A DNA stretch of 64,000 nt, from contig JBHGNT010000002.1 in NCBI GenBank assembly GCA_043228905.1, forward strand, positions 21,700,001 through 21,764,000, written 5' to 3'. The number at the start of each line of letters is the position of its first letter. Position 1 is the first letter of the stretch. Shown here in pieces: positions 58,846 to 64,000 of the stretch. A program made the translations under genes and the position numbers. This stretch comes from Azolla caroliniana. Lineage: Eukaryota > Plantae > Polypodiophyta. The notes beneath the pieces are model-generated. The model saw nothing but the letters and a program-made list of their open reading frames with translations. It was not told the origin of the DNA and made no database searches.

Positions 58846-61510
58846 TGTCGTGAAGAAAACCGTCCACAAGCGGAATCGGTGCACCGGAGCGTAGGAACCG
58901 GCTCTTCATGCATTACGCCTTATGTTGTACATAGAAGATCCTAGGTAGGTAGATTCGGTAGGTAGGAAGTTAATAGGAAAGGACTCCCTTCTTGCCTAGA
59001 AAAGGAGGGAGACGAGGAGGAGGAAGGGGATCATAGCGGATAGAGAGGACGAAGTGCTGTCGGGTTGTGGGGGAAGGCTTCTCTCTCTGCCAAGCTCCGT
59101 AGCTTCGTTCTGTGCAGGTTTCGGGAGGCTCGCGCTGCTCTGAGGAATGCCCGAGTGCTTCCGGCAGCACCTCCAACCTACTTCTTCCTTTTTGTACGTT
59201 TACGAACAGGCATCGGCATCTGTTCGCCGACCTGTTCGATTGTAACCAACGTCGTGCTTCTTGTTGTTTGTCTTGTTAACATATATATATACATACATTC
59301 GCATCGCTCTGTGTCGGTTTCCCACTCGCGTCTTTGTGTTGAAGGGCCGTGTCCCTGTGAATCTACGCTCGCACGTAGTGGGTCCCTTCCCTTCTCCTTT
59401 CTCTCTTGCTCTTCGGTACAAGACCCCCGAGGTCCCGCCTCATTCCACGCATCCGCGAGGAATACCTCGACATCTTGGTGAACCCGACGTGAAAGAGGCG
59501 GCAGAAGAGCAGAAGATGAGGGGGTCGGATCTTGCAGAGGCCATGGCTTCGGCCGTGGATCGGATATTGAGCACACGCGAGGGCACCGGCGCCCTCGACA
59601 GAGCCATTGAGGCGGTTGTCGGTACGATCGGCCGGTTCAGCGGAAAGGATGCTACGAAGTATTTGGCGTCCTACGGGGCGGAGATGCTGATGCGGGACAT
59701 TCCGGAAGAGAGGCGTCTTGCCGGGTTCCCTCGAGTGGCGATGCCGAGCATCCATGCGGAGGTGCTCGAGGTACGGGCGGAGAGCTGTACCTGGGAGGAG
59801 TTCGAAGGCCGACTCCTAGAGAAATACGGGTTGGATGACGCGCTCCGGCTTTCGAAACAGGACTTCATGGAATGGGTGGAGTCCCCCGGCAAAGGAAGAA
59901 ACGCGTCGGCACTCCTCCGGGAGTTTGAGGAACGCTTTGCGCGCCTTTTGGCGCTTGATCGAACCGTTCTGGATACGAGCCGGGTCCTACTGTTCGTCAA
60001 GTCGATGGACGAGTGGGACCGGGATCAAGTCGGCTCCTTGCTAGAAACCGAAGACGGGCTGACGACCGACTGGACTGCGGTTAAGAGAGTCTATGGCCGT
60101 TTCGACAAACGGCGAGAATGGGCTGACAACGGGGCGACCGGAGCAGGCTCTGTCACAGCAAGGAGGCTTGAACCGGCACCACAAGGGCAAAGGGCAGAGA
60201 CCCGGGAGTGGCTCGAAACCGGTTCGGCTTCGACCGGCATGGTCAATGACTCGTCCGGAGGAGCAGCACTGGAGGAGTTGACGCGGGCGATAAAGGATCT
60301 CCAGATCGCCCAGACTCGAAGGGAAGGCGGCGAACCGGCTCGTGACCGACGGCCGGCAGCAAGGAACAGGTGCATGTGGTGCGACGAGGTCGGCCACATC
60401 CGGAAGAATTGCGGCGATTTCGCAGAAGCATTGAGGAACCGGGTGGTGTACCTGTGGGAAGGCCGGGTGCACGCCGGCGACACCAGAAGGGTCCTAAACC
60501 GAAACGACGGGCGAGGAGGTATGAAGAGACTGATGGAAGAGGCAGCGGCCTGACACGTGGAGGCCATCCACTACTCGGCGTCGGCCGGCATTCAAGTCGG
60601 GGGCAGCGAGGCCCGAAAGGAGAGCAAAGATTGATTCTGGTCGGCAATGCTGGAGGTCTCGCCGGCGCACGGCTAAGGAAAGATGAAACGGACCGCGCTG
60701 AGAGACGGGTCCGGGAAATAACCGGGTGGAGCGATCCGGTCGAGGAGAAGACGGACTTCGTAGAAGCCGCTTGCCGGAACTACGAGGCTCTGGTAGAAGA
60801 CAAACGAGTGGGGAAAGCCGGAGCGGCCGGGCCCTCGCAACGATACGAGCCCCGATTCGGGCCACGACGGAACGATGCCGGTGGGTCCAGCGCGCAAGAT
60901 AACCCCAGGAAGGGCGGATACCGACTGGGGACGGAAATAGAAAGGACCACGGACCTACGAAAGGTCCTAGAAGAGCGGATCCTCAACAGCAAAGTGGAGT
61001 TGTCATTGCGGGAGGTGCTAGGGATCGCCAAGAAGGAGTTCCACGACTCCATTGTGGACTTGGTGAAACGGAAGAGGCTGTCGACGGAGACGGAACCGGA
61101 AAGACCGGTGGAGGTGCGGACGACGCACATCGACGACTTGGCGCTGGAAGATGAGTGGGCGGAGAGCCACTATTCGAGGCCGCACTGGGCCCGAGCGACC
61201 ACGGAGACCCCGGTAAAGATCGGAGATGTTCAAGAACCGGTGGTGGCACTGGTGGACCACGGTTCGGAAATAAACCTGATGTCCATGGACTTCTACAAAA
61301 GGGGAAAATGGCCGATCAACACCAAGCACGGGTGGAAGATACGGGCGGCGACGCGCGCCACCGAGAAACTACACGGGGCCTGCCTGAACGTGCGAGTCAA
61401 GATCGACGACGTCGAGATTGACCAGCACTTCTTCGTACAGGAGACGTCCTCGCACCCGGTCATATTAGGGGAACCATACATCACGGCGACGCGGATGGAG
61501 ACCAAGGTGC
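58846..61510 (+). mobile_element. Gypsy B (tRNA-Trp family, sister of gypsy A), 5' part
   Basis: LTR 58846-59472; PBS TGGTGAACCCGACGTGAA at 59476-59493; gag-PR from ATG 59516 with a stop at 60551-60553 and a frameshift; cut at METKVL by the next LTR. Confidence 0.95.
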
Positions 61511-61800
61511 TGTCATAACTAGACTCGAACCCATAACCTTTTGTTACACGGGTCGAGACTTTACCATTAGGTTATGAATTGTAATTTGAAGGATATTATT
61601 TTCATTTAGGTTTTATTGGGAAATTGATGTATATTCCAGATTTCTCTGGAACATTCTAGAAACTTCAGGAGTATTCCTGAAGACACTATAAAAGGAGGCG
61701 CAAGGCATTAGTTCGAACCAAATCGGTTCAACGCCAGTCTTAAGCCTTCTAACTACTGTTGTATATCTTCCTTCATATAATACATATATCTTTCGCATCA

Positions 61801-61850
<50 letters not shown>

Positions 61851-62083
61851 ACTCATTCCTTCTCTCAAAGTTCGACACCTCTCATAGTACTAATCCTTCT
61901 CTGTCTTAGTACTATTCCCCGACAATAGTACTAATCCTTCTTTTAGTACTAATTCCTTCTCTGCCTTAATAGAGTTCCTGACAGTTTGAACCGATTTCGG
62001 GTGCCTGTCTGGTCTTTTCTCTCCCTCTTCCTTCTGTCTCCCTCCTTTCCTATTAGTCTCTTATTTTCCTTTTCCTTCATCCC

Positions 62084-63253
62084 ATGGCCACCGTTAGCGC
62101 TGAAGAGTATCAATCCGTTTTCTCGGAATTTCAATGCTTGAAAGAGAAGTTTCATGCTTTGGAACAAGAAAATCAACGCTTGTTGGGGGATCTTCAGCAA
62201 ATTTCCTTAGAAAAGCAGCAAACGCAACAACAGCATGGGGAACTTGCGTTACGCATGCAACAACTCGAAGCAACCATCGTAGCAATGCAACAACAAGGGC
62301 ACGGAGCACAAGGGATTCATAAAGAACCCAAGATTGGCCTTCCCACGAAGTTCGATGGAACGCGATCGCAGTTTAGAGGGTTTCTTAACCAGGTACGGTT
62401 AGTTATTCAAATGCATCCGTCCCGATATCCCACCGATGCATCCCGAGTGGGTTTAGTAGGCACATTGTTAAATGGCTCAGCATTAGCATGGTTCGCTCCG
62501 CTACTAGAAAAGGAATCTCCAGTACTAAATAATTTTGAAGAATTCATAAGTGAGTTTAAAGCATGTTTTGGAGATACTGACAGCATAAGGACTGCAATCA
62601 ACAAAATCCGGCGATTACGCCAAGGTGACCGTCCAGCCTCCGCATATGCTGCAGATTTCCGCCTACTCGCCGCCGATATCCCCTGGGATGATCAAGCATT
62701 GATGGAGCAGTTCCGCTATGGTCTACGCAACGATGTCAAGGATTTACTCTTGACTTTCCCTGAAGAGCCAAAATCATTAACAGAAGCAATCAGTCGAGCG
62801 GTCAGATGTGACAACCGCCTCTTCGAGCGACGTTCGGAACGACAATTTCAGATGCCGAGGGCAAGATCCGAGCCTACCTATGCCTCAGTGGTAGCGAAAC
62901 CTTTTCAAAGGGAGTCACATAATGCGCCTCCAGTAAGTACTCCAACTCCAATGGAAATTGACACTACACGTCGTCGTGGGCCACTATCGGAGGAGGAAAA
63001 GCAACGACGCCGAACAAACCGATTATGCCTTTATTGCGGTGGACCAGGGCATATCGCGATAAACTGTCCCCATAGACCAAGAAGGCAGGTAAACCAAGTC
63101 GTTGTTAGTTCTGACTATACTAAACCCGAGTCTATTTCAGTAGGAATCTCTGATAGTCCTCATAGTCATAATAGTCCTAATAGTACTAATAGTCCGAATC
63201 TCGCAAACAAATTTGATGTCCTTAGCCAATTAGAAGAAGAGTTAAACGACTAA
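62084..63253 (+). CDS. Chromovirus gag (389 aa)
   Basis: Coiled-coil N-terminus, capsid PTKFDGTRSQFRGF, PMEID and knuckle [14 protein letters not shown]. Confidence 0.93.
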   Translation: MATVSAEEYQSVFSEFQCLKEKFHALEQENQRLLGDLQQISLEKQQTQQQHGELALRMQQLEATIVAMQQQGHGAQGIHKEPKIGLPTKFDGTRSQFRGFLNQVRLVIQMHPSRYPTDASRVGLVGTLLNGSALAWFAPLLEKESPVLNNFEEFISEFKACFGDTDSIRTAINKIRRLRQGDRPASAYAADFRLLAADIPWDDQALMEQFRYGLRNDVKDLLLTFPEEPKSLTEAISRAVRCDNRLFERRSERQFQMPRARSEPTYASVVAKPFQRESHNAPPVSTPTPMEIDTTRRRGPLSEEEKQRRRTNRLCLYCGGPGHIAINCPHRPRRQVNQVVVSSDYTKPESISVGISDSPHSHNSPNSTNSPNLANKFDVLSQLEEELND

Positions 63254-64000
63254 GTCCAGCCAAAATAGGAGCCGTTTGGTTGGACAGCCCTAGATCTGTG
63301 CAGCCCATTAGTGGTTCCATTCCCTCTAAGCAAGTTAGTGATGTGTTCGTAGCCCAAGTAGCAGTTAGTACTAAAAGTACCCCTCCAGTACATACCTTAG
63401 CCCTTCTAGATTCCGGAGCTAATTCTTGCTTCATGGATAGGAATTTTGCCCGAGCTCATCAGATATCTCTCAGAAAGCTCCCATGTCCAGCCTCAGTAGT
63501 AGTCATTGATGGTCGTCCCATTGCTTCTGGTAATATCATAGAAGAGTCGGAACCCGTTAATATTGTCCTAGATAACTTAACATGTGTAGTATCATTTAAT
63601 ATTATTAGTATTCCAGAACATCCCATAGTTTTAGGATTACCATGGTTCGAGTTACATAACCCAGACATAGATTGGAGGACAAGGGAAATCCGGTTGCGAC
63701 AAACCCAAGGATCTACCCAGAAGGTTGCAACCATTTCGCTACGTCAGTTGCGTGAGGAAGGGCGCAAGGAGGAAATGTTTCTCTTCGCAATATCAGTACA
63801 ACCCTCCAGCACCACCAAAGAGGAGTCCACCGTTCAACTTCCCGAGAAGTATCGTCAGTATGCTGATGTGTTCGATAAAGTACAAGCCAACACACTTCCT
63901 CATCATCGGCCGTACGATTGCGCCATCGACTTACAACCGGGAAAAGAGCCGCCATGGGGGCCGATCTACAATTTGTCACCAACCGAGCTAGAAGTCCTTC
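63241..64000 (+). CDS. Chromovirus pol N-terminus (aspartic protease), -1 frame, partial
   Basis: Read by eye as open from GTT AAA CGA to the window end; ALLDSGANSCFMD, IVLGLPWF, LPHHRPYDCAIDL. Confidence 0.88.

Larger units (their letters stand above)
61511..64000 (+). mobile_element. Chromovirus (Tcn1-like), 5' part, apparently intact; runs off the window
   Basis: LTR 61511-61983 (TGTCA..TGACA), TATAAAA at 61687, self-priming PBS 61986-61997, open gag and pol. Confidence 0.95.

Noticed and set aside
61908-61924. Alternative LTR end AGTACTATTCCCCGACA
   Set aside because: The PBS follows the second end at 61983; this is a small internal duplication of U5.

Overview
This is eukaryotic nuclear DNA, not prokaryotic. 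It is most likely from a non-seed land plant such as a fern, inferred from Tcn1-like chromoviruses, plant tRNA primer sites and a DUF3511 gene. The window is mostly nested transposable elements: three Ty1/copia LTR elements, two copies of a tRNA-Trp-primed Ty3/gypsy family, four copies of a self-priming chromovirus plus a non-coding self-priming element, an L1 LINE, LINE relics and two hAT elements. One intact host gene is visible (DUF3511, 19959-20435), along with a decaying tandem array of tRNA-Leu(CAA) pseudogenes. The most unusual feature is a degenerate, intron-containing gene at about 48.7-57.4 kb, split by an LTR element. It encodes a ParB/Srx-like domain fused to a bacterial-type beta-class amino-DNA methyltransferase (N4C/N6A) and lies convergent to a Sola-like DDD transposase relic, suggesting a DNA transposon that carries its own methyltransferase. 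Other notable signals are a -1 frameshift pseudoknot after the gypsy protease, an ACGT target preference, an LTR inversion bounded by the self-priming repeat, and tRNA-like sequence inside LTRs. All calls were made by eye; no database search was run.
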